From positions 1-58,700 of IMG/VR virus record IMGVR_UViG_3300021420_000036: a stretch of DNA of 58,700 bases, one strand, 5' to 3'. Shown here piece after piece: positions 9,306 through 18,389 of this stretch. Source of the DNA: a virus. Lineage: Duplodnaviria > Caudoviricetes. The notes beneath the pieces are model-generated. The model searched no databases. It saw nothing but the letters and a program-made list of their open reading frames with translations, and was not told the origin of the DNA. Made by a program: the position numbers and the translations under genes. How positions within the stretch are numbered: position 1 is the first letter of the stretch; each line of letters opens with the position of its first letter.

Positions 9306-9421
9306 CCAAAGCCAATCAATTCTACCCAATAGAATCAATGGTTTTAAAATATCGTTTGACATTTGCGAAATTATTTGCGATTGTGACACCGTCCGCCAGT
9401 AACGGACACAAATAAAAAAGT

Positions 9422-9796
9422 ATGATAACCAACGATAACGGATTATTGATAGAGGACGGGCGGTGTGTCGGCTACTTGATGCACTTCGAGGGTAAGGGAG
9501 TTTACGACCCCAACAAAGGCAAGCGGGACATCACGCCAGAGGATGCCAAAAAACACAATGAGCTTTTGGCGCAAGGCGAAATACTTGGGCTGGACAAGTG
9601 CGAAATCGGCCAATGGGGGACGTTTTACCTAAAGGCTTTGACGGGCATTTGGCAGGTTCAAACCTGGACTGGTGCCCTCGTGTCGGCTGACGTGGTGAAA
9701 AATGGCCGCGTGATAATCTTCCGGCGCAACGGGCGGGTATATCGCGGCATTGAGCAAAAGGAGGCGGATTGTTTCAACTTTAAACGGGTGAAATAA
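9422..9796 (+). CDS. Hypothetical protein (124 aa)
   Basis: ATG ORF directly upstream of the integrase, preceded by TTGACA at 9356. Confidence 0.65.
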   Translation: MITNDNGLLIEDGRCVGYLMHFEGKGVYDPNKGKRDITPEDAKKHNELLAQGEILGLDKCEIGQWGTFYLKALTGIWQVQTWTGALVSADVVKNGRVIIFRRNGRVYRGIEQKEADCFNFKRVK

Positions 9797-9797
9797 C

Positions 9798-10946
9798 ATG
9801 AACACCTTCAAAATTAAACCGTTTCAAAACCCCTCCGGCACGACGGTGTTCCGCGTCGTGGGGACACTCAACGGGAAGCATATCCGCGAAAACCATAAAA
9901 CCCAGGTGGAAGCAATCACGGCCAAGCAGGGTTATGAGCGGGAAGCAAACAACCTAACTCCCCTGCCCGCTGTCACAACCCGCCTCACCGCCGATCAAGC
10001 GGCAGAGGCGGAGGCGGCATTTCACCGGCTCAATGGCGGGCCACTCACCATGACAAAGGCAATAGACTTTGCCCTGAAAAATTATGCTCCATCGGCAAAG
10101 CCAGTCACGGTGACTTTTGCCGTGCAAGCGTTCCTGCAAGCGAAGCGGCGGGAAAATGTCCGGCCTGATACGTTGCGCAACTTGGACGGGCGCTTACAAT
10201 CGCTCATGAAAACTCACGGCGGGGACATCGTCGGCGAGTTGCAACCGGACACGCTCAAGCCGTTTATTTTCGGCAAGGGCTCAATGCTGAATCAACGGAA
10301 TAATCACTTGGTTTTCACCAATTTTTTCAACTGGTGCCAGCGCAATAAATACGTTGCCGTGTCACCGTTGGAAAACATCGGCTCTATCACAATCGACCGC
10401 GAACAGCCGGAGATTCTCACACTCCCCCAGGTGCGAGCATTGGTTCACGCGGCCAGCGCTTACAAGGGCGGCGTCTGTCTCCCCTACGTTGTCGCGGGTC
10501 TGTTTTGCGGTATCAGGCCCAAAGAGATCAGCCGCATCAAGTGGGATGACGTGAATCTCAAAACCAATACGGTCAGCGTATCGGGCAAGTTGCGCGGGCG
10601 GCGAATGGTTGACATCCCGCAAAATGCAAGCGCCTTCCTGCTCACTCATGCAATCCGCAAAACCCCTTTCGTCGGCTCTAACTGGCGCAAGGATTTTGAC
10701 AAGGTCAAGACGCTGGCGGGACTCACCTCGTGGCCGCAAGACGTGATGAGGCACACGGCCATTACTCACCACTTCGCCCAACATCACCACGAGGGCAAGA
10801 CAGCATCATGGGCGGGCAACTCTCCCGATGTCATCCATCGTTATTACAAGGGGCTGATTAACGACCCCCAAGACACGGTGGACTTTTGGGCGATCACGCC
10901 GGAAAGCCTGGACAACATCACCACCCTCAACACCAAGGCGGCATGA
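9798..10946 (+). CDS. int: Tyrosine recombinase/integrase
   Basis: Catalytic GIRPKEI, K in SGKLRGRR, PQDVMRHT, AGNS...HRYY; N-terminal arm-binding-like domain. Confidence 0.92.
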   Translation: MNTFKIKPFQNPSGTTVFRVVGTLNGKHIRENHKTQVEAITAKQGYEREANNLTPLPAVTTRLTADQAAEAEAAFHRLNGGPLTMTKAIDFALKNYAPSAKPVTVTFAVQAFLQAKRRENVRPDTLRNLDGRLQSLMKTHGGDIVGELQPDTLKPFIFGKGSMLNQRNNHLVFTNFFNWCQRNKYVAVSPLENIGSITIDREQPEILTLPQVRALVHAASAYKGGVCLPYVVAGLFCGIRPKEISRIKWDDVNLKTNTVSVSGKLRGRRMVDIPQNASAFLLTHAIRKTPFVGSNWRKDFDKVKTLAGLTSWPQDVMRHTAITHHFAQHHHEGKTASWAGNSPDVIHRYYKGLINDPQDTVDFWAITPESLDNITTLNTKAA

Positions 10947-11218
10947 AAAAAATATTCAAATATTCGTTCGGCACGTCTTCTAATCTTCAAACCATCACCA
11001 TGCCAGAAGGCGCGGAGATTTTGAGCGTGCAAATACAGCGAGGAGCGGTGTGCGTGTGGGTCGTTGTTCCCAACGTTGAAAAGGCCTTGGTTGAACGTCA
11101 TTTTGCAATCTTCGGCACCGGACAACCCATCAACCCTGATCTGAAATTGTGCTACGTCGGCACCTTCCAAGAAGGGGACTTCGTGTGGCATGTGTTTGAA
11201 ATCAGCGCAACGCAATAA
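10943..11218 (+). CDS. Small conserved-type phage protein
   Basis: MKKIFKY...MPEGAEILSVQ.Q...FGTGQPI...YVGTFQ...VWHVFE pattern. Confidence 0.75.
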   Translation: MKKIFKYSFGTSSNLQTITMPEGAEILSVQIQRGAVCVWVVVPNVEKALVERHFAIFGTGQPINPDLKLCYVGTFQEGDFVWHVFEISATQ

Positions 11219-11292
11219 CTCCCGGCGGACTTTGTTCCGCGTGGAACATTCAGCCCCTTGCGTTTTACCGCGCATGGGGCGACTTGTTTTCC

Positions 11293-11679
11293 ATGCCGCA
11301 AGTGCTTTTCACAACCGCTAATGCAAAGGAAATGGCGCTCCGTGGTGCCATAGTCCGCAAGGAACGATACGCACAACGGAAAGCAGCCGCGAAAGAAGCG
11401 AAACAACGCGCCAGATTCGGCGCTACCGTTGTCACCGAATCTTCGCCAGCGTATCAAACCGGCTATGTTGCCGGGAGACTCACCCGCATACGCGCACATA
11501 TTGCCAGGCTTGATGAGAGGTTGGCGGCGGCAACCGAACCGCTGGACTGCGAGCGTCTGATGCGGGCCTTGAGCTTGGCGAGCGAGCTTGAGCGCGTGCT
11601 TGATGGCCGACCGCTGCCGGGCTCGCGCAGGCCGGGCAAGGAGCGAAGCACCCAGGACCAGGACGTGAACCCGGTGTAA
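11293..11679 (+). CDS. Basic helical protein, possible terminase small subunit
   Basis: FTTANAKEMALRG N-terminus, helical body, followed by a C-run tract; assignment is inference. Confidence 0.45.
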   Translation: MPQVLFTTANAKEMALRGAIVRKERYAQRKAAAKEAKQRARFGATVVTESSPAYQTGYVAGRLTRIRAHIARLDERLAAATEPLDCERLMRALSLASELERVLDGRPLPGSRRPGKERSTQDQDVNPV

Positions 11680-11848
11680 CGGTTCACGCAACCGGTGCAA
11701 ACGCTTGCAAATATTGGGGCTTTTGAATTTGGCTCATGGATTTGCCAGCCGATTTGACAAAGGAATCTCTTTTTTGCCGGGCCGTCCCCACACCCCCCAC
11801 CCCCACCCCCGCGCCCCGGCCCGACCCACACGCGCATACCCTCGTGTG

Positions 11849-12521
11849 TTAAACCTGGTTTTTGGAATTAACCGTGTTGCAGCAACACGACTGCATCTCG
11901 CCCATACCGGGGCCGATGAGCAGGCCATCCCAGTCCCAGCAGAAATGCCAGCCTTCAGCGATTTCGTCGGGAGTAAGCGGTTCGACACGTTCCCAGGCGG
12001 CATCGGACATGAGGAAATGCCAGCGTTCGTCGGTCATTCGTCTTGTTCGCCGGAGAGGTCGGCTTCGGCGAGTTTATGGTTTTGAGCCTGCCATTTCTCG
12101 TATTGATGGTGCCAGAAGTCGAAGCAGGAATAATGGTCACCGCAACGTGGACAGGTGAAATTACAAGAACGGTCCATGCCGGCCTTATCATCGACGTTCA
12201 AACCACAATTCGGGCAGGAAACGCGGCGGCGGATGGGATTGGGCCGGTGCGGTTTTGCGTGTGTGGCTGACATTTTAATCCTTGAACTGCATGATGGGGG
12301 CGTTGGACCTGAGCAGCGGACTGCCGTGTTGTTGTGAGATCACAGGAATTTTGACGCAACCAGCAGCACGCATGGTTTCTTCTTCCTTCTTCTTCCATTC
12401 TTCCTTCTCGGCTTCGGTTGGCGGACGGAACCGGTCCAACGGGTGATAACGGAACACGCGGTTGGAGCCCTGGCCGGAGGGGAGACCGGACGGTTGCGGG
12501 TTATCGTTATTCGTAGGCATA
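11849..12521 (-). CDS. Run of short overlapping hypothetical ORFs (11849-12037, 12034-12273, 12275-12521)
   Basis: Tightly coupled starts and stops; 12034-12273 has CPNC...CPRC. Confidence 0.55.
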
Positions 12522-13067
12522 ATGCTTCCCCTGTCCCCAGGAGACTTTTTTTGAATCGGGTGCTGCTCGGGGGCGCTGATGTGCTTCCGCCCCATGGATT
12601 CAAAGAGTCTGGAGGGTTACCCCTCCCACACGGTCGGGCGGTCTATTCTCAACGCCTCGTCAGTTGGTTGTTTTACAGCGATCAATATTAGTTGCCGGTT
12701 GGGCCGGCGGCTCGGTGCCATGCACCGGTAGAGTGAGCCTTGGTCTAAGCTGCCCCGGTGAGACAATCTTACAGCAATCCGGGGATTTATGGGATGGAAA
12801 TTCATTAGTAACGGGCAACGATGTTGCTGGTTTTGGACCGGGAGCAATAAGCGGCGTGGGAGCGGAGGTACGCCCGGGTTTGTTTACGGGACAACGGTTT
12901 TTTCCATCCGCGTTGTTTGCGCTTAAAGGTGATGGGGATGAAGGTCCTCATTCAAAAAAGTTGCCGGCCTTGTTCAGGGGCCGGCGGGGATGACTGCTTC
13001 CGTTCTGGCGTTCCCTTGCGGGAACCAGATTTGTTGGGCCGTGAACGTCGGCAGTCATATTGAACGG

Positions 13068-13274
13068 TTACGACGGCGGGACGGATTTGTCAACGGGTTT
13101 TTTTGCGGTGGGCGGACCTGGCTGGTATTCACCGCACCAGGTGTCGGCACCGGAGGTGGGGAAACTGGAGAGGCCGGCATCCACGCGGACGGGCGGGTGA
13201 GCGCAGCAGAAGCCGGTGAGGGAGGTTTTTTTCTTCCACAACCGGCAGTTGGAACAGGATTCGATCATAGGCAT
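13068..13274 (-). CDS. Small Cys-rich protein
   Basis: CSNC...GFCCAHPP...FP...WCGEY motif. Confidence 0.65.
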   Translation of the reverse strand: MPMIESCSNCRLWKKKTSLTGFCCAHPPVRVDAGLSSFPTSGADTWCGEYQPGPPTAKKPVDKSVPPS

Positions 13275-13567
13275 TCTTTGAGTTTATCATGGAGCGCGGC
13301 CAAGATTCGCGCTTTTTCGGTTGGCTGACGGTATGATGAATCCCCGTTATTGATCATCGCCACGGTGTGCCAGCCACTGTATTCGCCAGCGAATAATTCA
13401 CACAACTTTTCGGTTTCATTGTTTGGAACTAGGGAAAAGGTGTGGCCTAGTGCGCATTTGCGCCCATGATGGTCCTGCAATACACCGCTGCACCAGCGGT
13501 CCTCGGGGATGGCCTCGAATTTGTTGATGAAGAATTTAACCAGATGGCGCTTCTCTTCGGCGTTCAT
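13265..13567 (-). CDS. Hypothetical protein, paralogue A
   Basis: Similar to 13564-13887 (KRHL..INK...IP..RW; RILAALHDKLKE.L). Confidence 0.75.
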   Translation of the reverse strand: MNAEEKRHLVKFFINKFEAIPEDRWCSGVLQDHHGRKCALGHTFSLVPNNETEKLCELFAGEYSGWHTVAMINNGDSSYRQPTEKARILAALHDKLKECL

Positions 13568-13887
13568 AGAACCTCCTTTAATTTGTCGTGGAGGGCGGCG
13601 AGGATGCGGGAGCGGGGTCCGCGCTGTCCATAGACAGGGTGGTCGTTGTCGTTGATCTGTATGATGGTGGGCGCATCACCGAATAGTTCGACCGTTTGTT
13701 GGGCGAGTGGAGGGAACGAGTGATCGTAAGGATGTTCAAACATTTGTTTGGTGACGCCGAGGTGACCGAGAAAGCAATGGGCTCCATGTCCATCGTCGAA
13801 GTGGCACGAAATCCACCGTTTCGTCGGTATGCTTAGGCATTTATTGATGAGGGCTTTGATGAGGTGGCGTTTGGATTCGGTTTTCAT
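13564..13887 (-). CDS. Hypothetical protein, paralogue B
   Basis: Tandem paralogue of 13265-13567. Confidence 0.75.
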   Translation of the reverse strand: MKTESKRHLIKALINKCLSIPTKRWISCHFDDGHGAHCFLGHLGVTKQMFEHPYDHSFPPLAQQTVELFGDAPTIIQINDNDHPVYGQRGPRSRILAALHDKLKEVL

Positions 13888-13918
13888 ACTTTTTTATTTG
13901 GTTGGGTGTTGTGGTTGG

Positions 13919-14110
13919 TTAATCGGTGTTGGGTTTGCCGGCTTTCCAGGAGTCGTAATCCCACGGGTAGAAAAAATCCTGCTCTTCAAAGGGCAGACCC
14001 TCGACGAGCGGGCGGGTCTGGCCGTGGAGCAAGGTCCAGAAGGGCACCTGCTCATGCACGGGCAGTTCGCGGATGCGGGGCCAGTCGTATTCGGTAGCCA
14101 TGGTTTTCAT
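13919..14110 (-). CDS. Hypothetical protein
   Basis: ATGA overlap with the vWA gene stop. Confidence 0.6.
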   Translation of the reverse strand: MKTMATEYDWPRIRELPVHEQVPFWTLLHGQTRPLVEGLPFEEQDFFYPWDYDSWKAGKPNTD

Positions 14111-14766
14111 GGGTTGTCCACTCCGGCGGCTAATTGTGCGCTCTTGTCCTCCTGGGTGAAGGACATGTCGGCTTTGTTGTTCGTGCGGAAGGCGCGCAGG
14201 TTGCCGCTGGCGGATGAGTAGGCGGAATTCACGCTTTGACCGGAGGGACCGAAGTTCATGATGTTGGTAGGCTGCACGCCGATGCTGCCGCCAACGGCGT
14301 AGGAGTCAATCGTGGCCCCGAGAAAAACGAATTCCCATTTGTATTGAGTTTTCTGGTGTTCGATCATCTCGCGGATGCGGTTGACGCCGAATTTCCGGCT
14401 GGCGTTTTCCTGACCGTCCGTCATCACGACGAACACGACTTTGGCGGGACGTTCGGACTCGGGCAGGTTCTTGAGCAAGCCGCCGGTTTCTTCGATGGTC
14501 TGTCCGATGGCGTCGTAGAGCGGGGTGTAGTCACCGGGCACGTAGGTTTCCTTGGTGAGTTTAGGGATGTTTTTGATGTCGGCTCCAACGGATTTGAATT
14601 CGATAGCGCTGGAATCGAACAGGACGAAGGTGAAGGTAGCTTTGCCGGGCACGGCCTGCTGTTCTTCGAGGAAGCGGTTGAAACCGCCGATGGTGTCGTC
14701 GCGCACGATGCTCATGGAACCGGAGCGGTCCAGGACGAGGGAGATGTGGGTGTAGTCAGTTTTCAT
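14107..14766 (-). CDS. von Willebrand factor A (vWA) domain protein
   Basis: MIDAS DRSGSM, TPLYDAIG, VMTDGQENAS, WEFVFLGA; likely start MKTDYTH at 14766. Confidence 0.92.
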   Translation of the reverse strand: MKTDYTHISLVLDRSGSMSIVRDDTIGGFNRFLEEQQAVPGKATFTFVLFDSSAIEFKSVGADIKNIPKLTKETYVPGDYTPLYDAIGQTIEETGGLLKNLPESERPAKVVFVVMTDGQENASRKFGVNRIREMIEHQKTQYKWEFVFLGATIDSYAVGGSIGVQPTNIMNFGPSGQSVNSAYSSASGNLRAFRTNNKADMSFTQEDKSAQLAAGVDNP

Positions 14767-15018
14767 GGTAGTAAACCCGCCGGGTGTAATGAGGGAGATG
14801 TATGGTAACCCCGCCGGCACAAGCCAGCCACCCGGCGAGAAAGCATGCACAGCGTGGTCACGGCGGAAGGCCATGAATCCGCTAAGATTGAAGGACCTAT
14901 CGCTACACGCTGCGCAAAGTGAAATCCTCCGGGGAGGTGTGATGAACACGTTTGTTGCGAGACAATGCCAGTGAAGGCACCCCGGAGGAAAAATGTCAAA
15001 CGGATCATCACATCCCGG

Positions 15019-15097
15019 TGGTTAAGTCTGGACGGAAAAATTGTCAACAAAAAATCGTAAAATATTTATTGCAAAAAAACCGGGCAGGACTTAAGCC
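15019..15097. promoter_or_regulatory. Back-to-back divergent promoters
   Basis: Minus: TTGACA-N17-TAACCA (15047-15019). Plus: TTGCAA-N17-TAAGCC (15069-15097). AT-rich core between them at the strand switch. Confidence 0.65.
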
Positions 15098-15170
15098 AAG
15101 ACTGTGATGAACGCGAGCCCCAAAGTCTGCCCCTTCCGCCGCGCAGTGCCGAGTGCGAGTTTGCTGCACT

Positions 15171-15857
15171 ATGGTACGACTCAAATCAAGAACGCAATGC
15201 CCGGTCAACGGGTTTCAATTCATCGATCCGGCGATTTCGGCGGACGCGCTGCAAACGTGGGATTTTGAAAGCATGGTGGCGCAAGTACAGAGCCGGCGAG
15301 CGGCGAACCCGAGGTTCGGGTTGACGACGGACGCGAACAGCATCCGACAGGAGGTGGACGCGCAGAACGCGCTGCGGATGCTCTCCATTCGCAACGCGGA
15401 GAGTTACGTGACGGTTGAGGGGGGCGCGTCCCCAAACCGGGTGGCCCCTCGCAGCCCAAGCTGGGCCGGTGCTGTGGGGGGCGTTAAGAAAATGGCAAGT
15501 GGCATGGGCGCGTTGAAGGACTGGCTAGGCTCGGGCGGGGTGCCCGTGGGGGCGGAAAAAGCCACGGGGCGAGCGGCGGTCTGCGTGGTGTGTCCGCAGA
15601 ACCAGCCGGGGGACATCCTGGCGATATTCACACAGCCGGTGGCCGAACGGATCAAGCAGCAACTGGCGATTAAACACGACATGAACCTGGTGACGCCTTA
15701 CGATGACAAATTGGAAGTGTGCGCGGCGTGTGCGTGTCCGCTCAAACTCAAGGTGCATACGCCGCTGGAGCATATTCTGGCGCATCTGCCGGCGGAGGTG
15801 CGGGCGAAACTGGACCCAAGTTGTTGGATCACAAAGGAAATGCAAAATGTAAAATGA
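15171..15857 (+). CDS. Cys-motif hypothetical protein heading the late operon
   Basis: RAAVCVVCPQN...CAACACPL.LKV...CW. Confidence 0.75.
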   Translation: MVRLKSRTQCPVNGFQFIDPAISADALQTWDFESMVAQVQSRRAANPRFGLTTDANSIRQEVDAQNALRMLSIRNAESYVTVEGGASPNRVAPRSPSWAGAVGGVKKMASGMGALKDWLGSGGVPVGAEKATGRAAVCVVCPQNQPGDILAIFTQPVAERIKQQLAIKHDMNLVTPYDDKLEVCAACACPLKLKVHTPLEHILAHLPAEVRAKLDPSCWITKEMQNVK

Positions 15858-15860
15858 AGA

Positions 15861-16118
15861 ATGAAGAGTGCCGACGAACAAATCGCGGAGTTTATGAAGG
15901 AACGCAACGAGGCGTTGCTGTCGCTCGACGAATGGAAAATCCGTGGCTATTTAAAAAAGTGGAACGGAGATGTGGGACCGGCGCACCCGGAGGCGTTCTG
16001 GCGGGGAGTACATAAAGCCATCACCGCAATACCCGGACTACCGTTGGAAAGAAGGCTGGCCAGTAAGGCCTGGCTGGATTCGCACGGCTCGTCATCGCAC
16101 GACGACGGAGATTTGTGA
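15861..16118 (+). CDS. Hypothetical protein
   Basis: ERNEALLSLDE..IR...FWRGVHKA...SKAWL motif; coupled to neighbours. Confidence 0.7.
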   Translation: MKSADEQIAEFMKERNEALLSLDEWKIRGYLKKWNGDVGPAHPEAFWRGVHKAITAIPGLPLERRLASKAWLDSHGSSSHDDGDL

Positions 16119-17065
16119 AACCACACTGCTGGATGACACCCGAGGAGCAACCGCCGTGTTTTATCATACTGGGCCGGTATGGGGACATCATCCAGTTATT
16201 GCCGGCGTTTCAGGCGGTGTGGGACCGCACCGGGTTGAAACCGATTGTGTTGACGAGCACGGAATACCAGACGGTGCTGGAGGGGGTGAGTTACGTGCAG
16301 CCGCGCGCGGTGCATTGGAACTGGTGGGAAGGGGTGCCGGCGGCGAGGCAACTGGCGGCGGAACAATTCGGCGGGGGGATCGTGTGCCAGTGGTGGGCGG
16401 ATGAACCGTTCAAGTGGCAGAAGCAGGCTTACGCGCAGTTGCTGGGTGATTGCAGCGTGGTGTTGCAGAGCCACGGGCGCGAGTGGGGCGTGGACATCGG
16501 CGTGGTGCCGAACTACGGGACGAGCATGTGGACGCGCGCGGGATTCACGCCGGAGGAAATGAAAGGCCTGCCCCTCGTGTTCGACCGCCGGGACGCGCAT
16601 CGTGAGGCGCTGCTCGTGCGGCACAACACGCACCCGAACCCCGCGATGCGCAGGCCGATGTTGCTGGTGAATTTCAGCGGGGTGAGCAGCCCGTTCGCGC
16701 CGGTGCCGGAGGTGATGCGGGTGGTGGACGAATTCAAGGGCCGGTTCAACGTGGTGGACCTGGGCAAGGTGCGGGCGCAGCGGATTTATGATTTACTGGG
16801 GTTGATGGACGCGGCGGTGGGAATGATCACCACCGACACGGCGACGCTGCATCTGGCGGCGACGGGGAACATTGATTACGTGGGTTACACGGTGGACGGA
16901 TGGACGAGCAGCGTGCCGAAGGGACGTTGCGTGGTGGAAATCAAATACAGCCAGGCGCTGGACCGGCTTGGTGAGTTGCGACCGGTTTTAAATAAGTGGT
17001 CCAACGCGGAGCAGCCACGTCAGGAAGTGGGCGCGGGCGGTGGAGGAGGAGTGATGCAGGTTTAA
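16115..17065 (+). CDS. Glycosyltransferase, GT9 (heptosyltransferase)-like
   Basis: GRYGDII..LP near the N-terminus and ITTDTATLHLAA near the C-terminus. Confidence 0.78.
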   Translation: MKPHCWMTPEEQPPCFIILGRYGDIIQLLPAFQAVWDRTGLKPIVLTSTEYQTVLEGVSYVQPRAVHWNWWEGVPAARQLAAEQFGGGIVCQWWADEPFKWQKQAYAQLLGDCSVVLQSHGREWGVDIGVVPNYGTSMWTRAGFTPEEMKGLPLVFDRRDAHREALLVRHNTHPNPAMRRPMLLVNFSGVSSPFAPVPEVMRVVDEFKGRFNVVDLGKVRAQRIYDLLGLMDAAVGMITTDTATLHLAATGNIDYVGYTVDGWTSSVPKGRCVVEIKYSQALDRLGELRPVLNKWSNAEQPRQEVGAGGGGGVMQV

Positions 17066-17091
17066 CCGCAAAGAACGCAGACAACACAAAG
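17062..17091 (+). repeat. Dispersed repeat family B TTAACCGCAAAGAACGCA(A/G)AG (17062, 25317, 30123, 42351, 45752, 48675, 55523, 57267)
   Basis: Eight copies, all in plus orientation. Confidence 0.85.
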
Positions 17092-17096
17092 ATTTT

Positions 17097-17357
17097 ATGA
17101 CAAAACTTGAAGCGTTCAAAGAAGCCGCTCGACGTAGCGTGGATTCGCCAGAGGAAGTAGAGCGGCGGTTTAAAAATGTGATTCTGGTTGGTGCCTTACC
17201 GCCAGATGCGAATGACGAAATTCCACCTGGAGAGGAGGAGGCGTTTATCATACATCATTTTCAAATGGTAACGGCGATGAAAGCAAATCCAATGCTTGCA
17301 CACATTGCCGTGCTGGAGGGACAGGAAATCATTCGAGAACGAGCGAAAAAAAACTGA
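17097..17357 (+). CDS. Small hypothetical protein
   Basis: Lower-GC ORF following a repeat; stop overlaps the next start. Confidence 0.55.
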   Translation: MTKLEAFKEAARRSVDSPEEVERRFKNVILVGALPPDANDEIPPGEEEAFIIHHFQMVTAMKANPMLAHIAVLEGQEIIRERAKKN

Positions 17358-18028
17358 TGATTTATCATTTTTTCACTTCGTATTCGCCCTCGGACCCGGA
17401 CACGGCGCGACGGCATCGCATCGCACAAATGACGTGGCCGCGTCAACCGTGGCAGGAGCGACCGATTGAGGACAGGAACCTGCCCCGGCTGTGGCGCGAA
17501 CGCGGCAGGAGTTACCCGTACGTTATTGATTTGTTTGACGCCGGCTGCGCGTTGCTGCCGGACGACGCGATTATGGTGTTCACGAACACGGACATTCTCG
17601 TGCGCGGGGACGCGTGCCTGGTGATTGCGGAGGCGCTGCAAGGTTGCGACGCGTGCTATGCGTTCCGCCGCGATTTTCATCATCGGTTCGACACGCCGAT
17701 ACCGGACAAGGATTTTGAGAAGGGGCTGGACTACGCGGGCAGCGACCTCGCGGCGTTTCGCGTCGGCTGGTGGCGGGACAACCGGAAGGAAATGCCGGAC
17801 ATGATTATTGGGTTTGAGGCGTGGGACACCGTCCTGCGGACGTTGATCGAGGAGACGAACCCTGGCGTGCAGCCGTTGCGGGACATCATCTGCCACGAGC
17901 GTCACGGGAGTTACTGGGAAAACCCGGCGCATCGTTATAAACTGGCGAGCCAGAACCATAACCTCGGTCTGGCGAAAGCGTTTTTGATGGAACGCGGGCT
18001 GACGCCGGGAAACTATTGCATAAGGTAA
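17357..18028 (+). CDS. Putative GT-A-fold glycosyltransferase-like protein
   Basis: PYVIDL, VFTNTDI, GSDLAAF, IIG...WD, HERH; sugar-cluster context. Confidence 0.55.
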   Translation: MIYHFFTSYSPSDPDTARRHRIAQMTWPRQPWQERPIEDRNLPRLWRERGRSYPYVIDLFDAGCALLPDDAIMVFTNTDILVRGDACLVIAEALQGCDACYAFRRDFHHRFDTPIPDKDFEKGLDYAGSDLAAFRVGWWRDNRKEMPDMIIGFEAWDTVLRTLIEETNPGVQPLRDIICHERHGSYWENPAHRYKLASQNHNLGLAKAFLMERGLTPGNYCIR

Positions 18029-18056
18029 CCACAGATAGACACGGATAAACACGGAT
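18026..18056 (+). repeat. Dispersed repeat family C TAACCAC(A/G)GAT..ACACGGAT (18026, 22890, 26823, 39557)
   Basis: 10-nt internal period; four copies. Confidence 0.85.
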
Positions 18057-18389
18057 ATGAACCACCAAGAAGAGATTGAAGAGACGCTTAGGGAGATACA
18101 AGGTTATATCGACTGGAACATCGCCTTCGTTAAAAAAGTGCAGCGCCGCAGGGAAATACTGGCGGTACTCAATGTTGTTGCGCAAATGTCCAGCGCGATG
18201 TGGAATTTCTACCACTTTCATTATGTGAAGGCTTTGATTGACGTGGCGTGCGCGATGGGCATGTCGTGTTTTTCGTTTTGGATATTGGGATTGAGCATCA
18301 AAATGGCGCGCGCGCGCAAACGCGAACTGGCGGAATTGAAAATGCGCGGTCAGCAGATTTTGGAAAACTGGAGAGGTTACCGTAATTGA
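18057..18389 (+). CDS. Two-TM membrane protein
   Basis: Two hydrophobic segments; starts right after a repeat. Confidence 0.55.
   Translation: MNHQEEIEETLREIQGYIDWNIAFVKKVQRRREILAVLNVVAQMSSAMWNFYHFHYVKALIDVACAMGMSCFSFWILGLSIKMARARKRELAELKMRGQQILENWRGYRN

Noticed and set aside
9266-9340. Complete functional tRNA-Thr gene
   Set aside because: Sequence diverges after the anticodon loop; no T arm or 3' acceptor strand found
14107-14766. vWA protein as a Ro60/TROVE partner for the Y-like RNA
   Set aside because: Stand-alone vWA with no TROVE HEAT-repeat ring, 21 kb away; a common phage accessory gene
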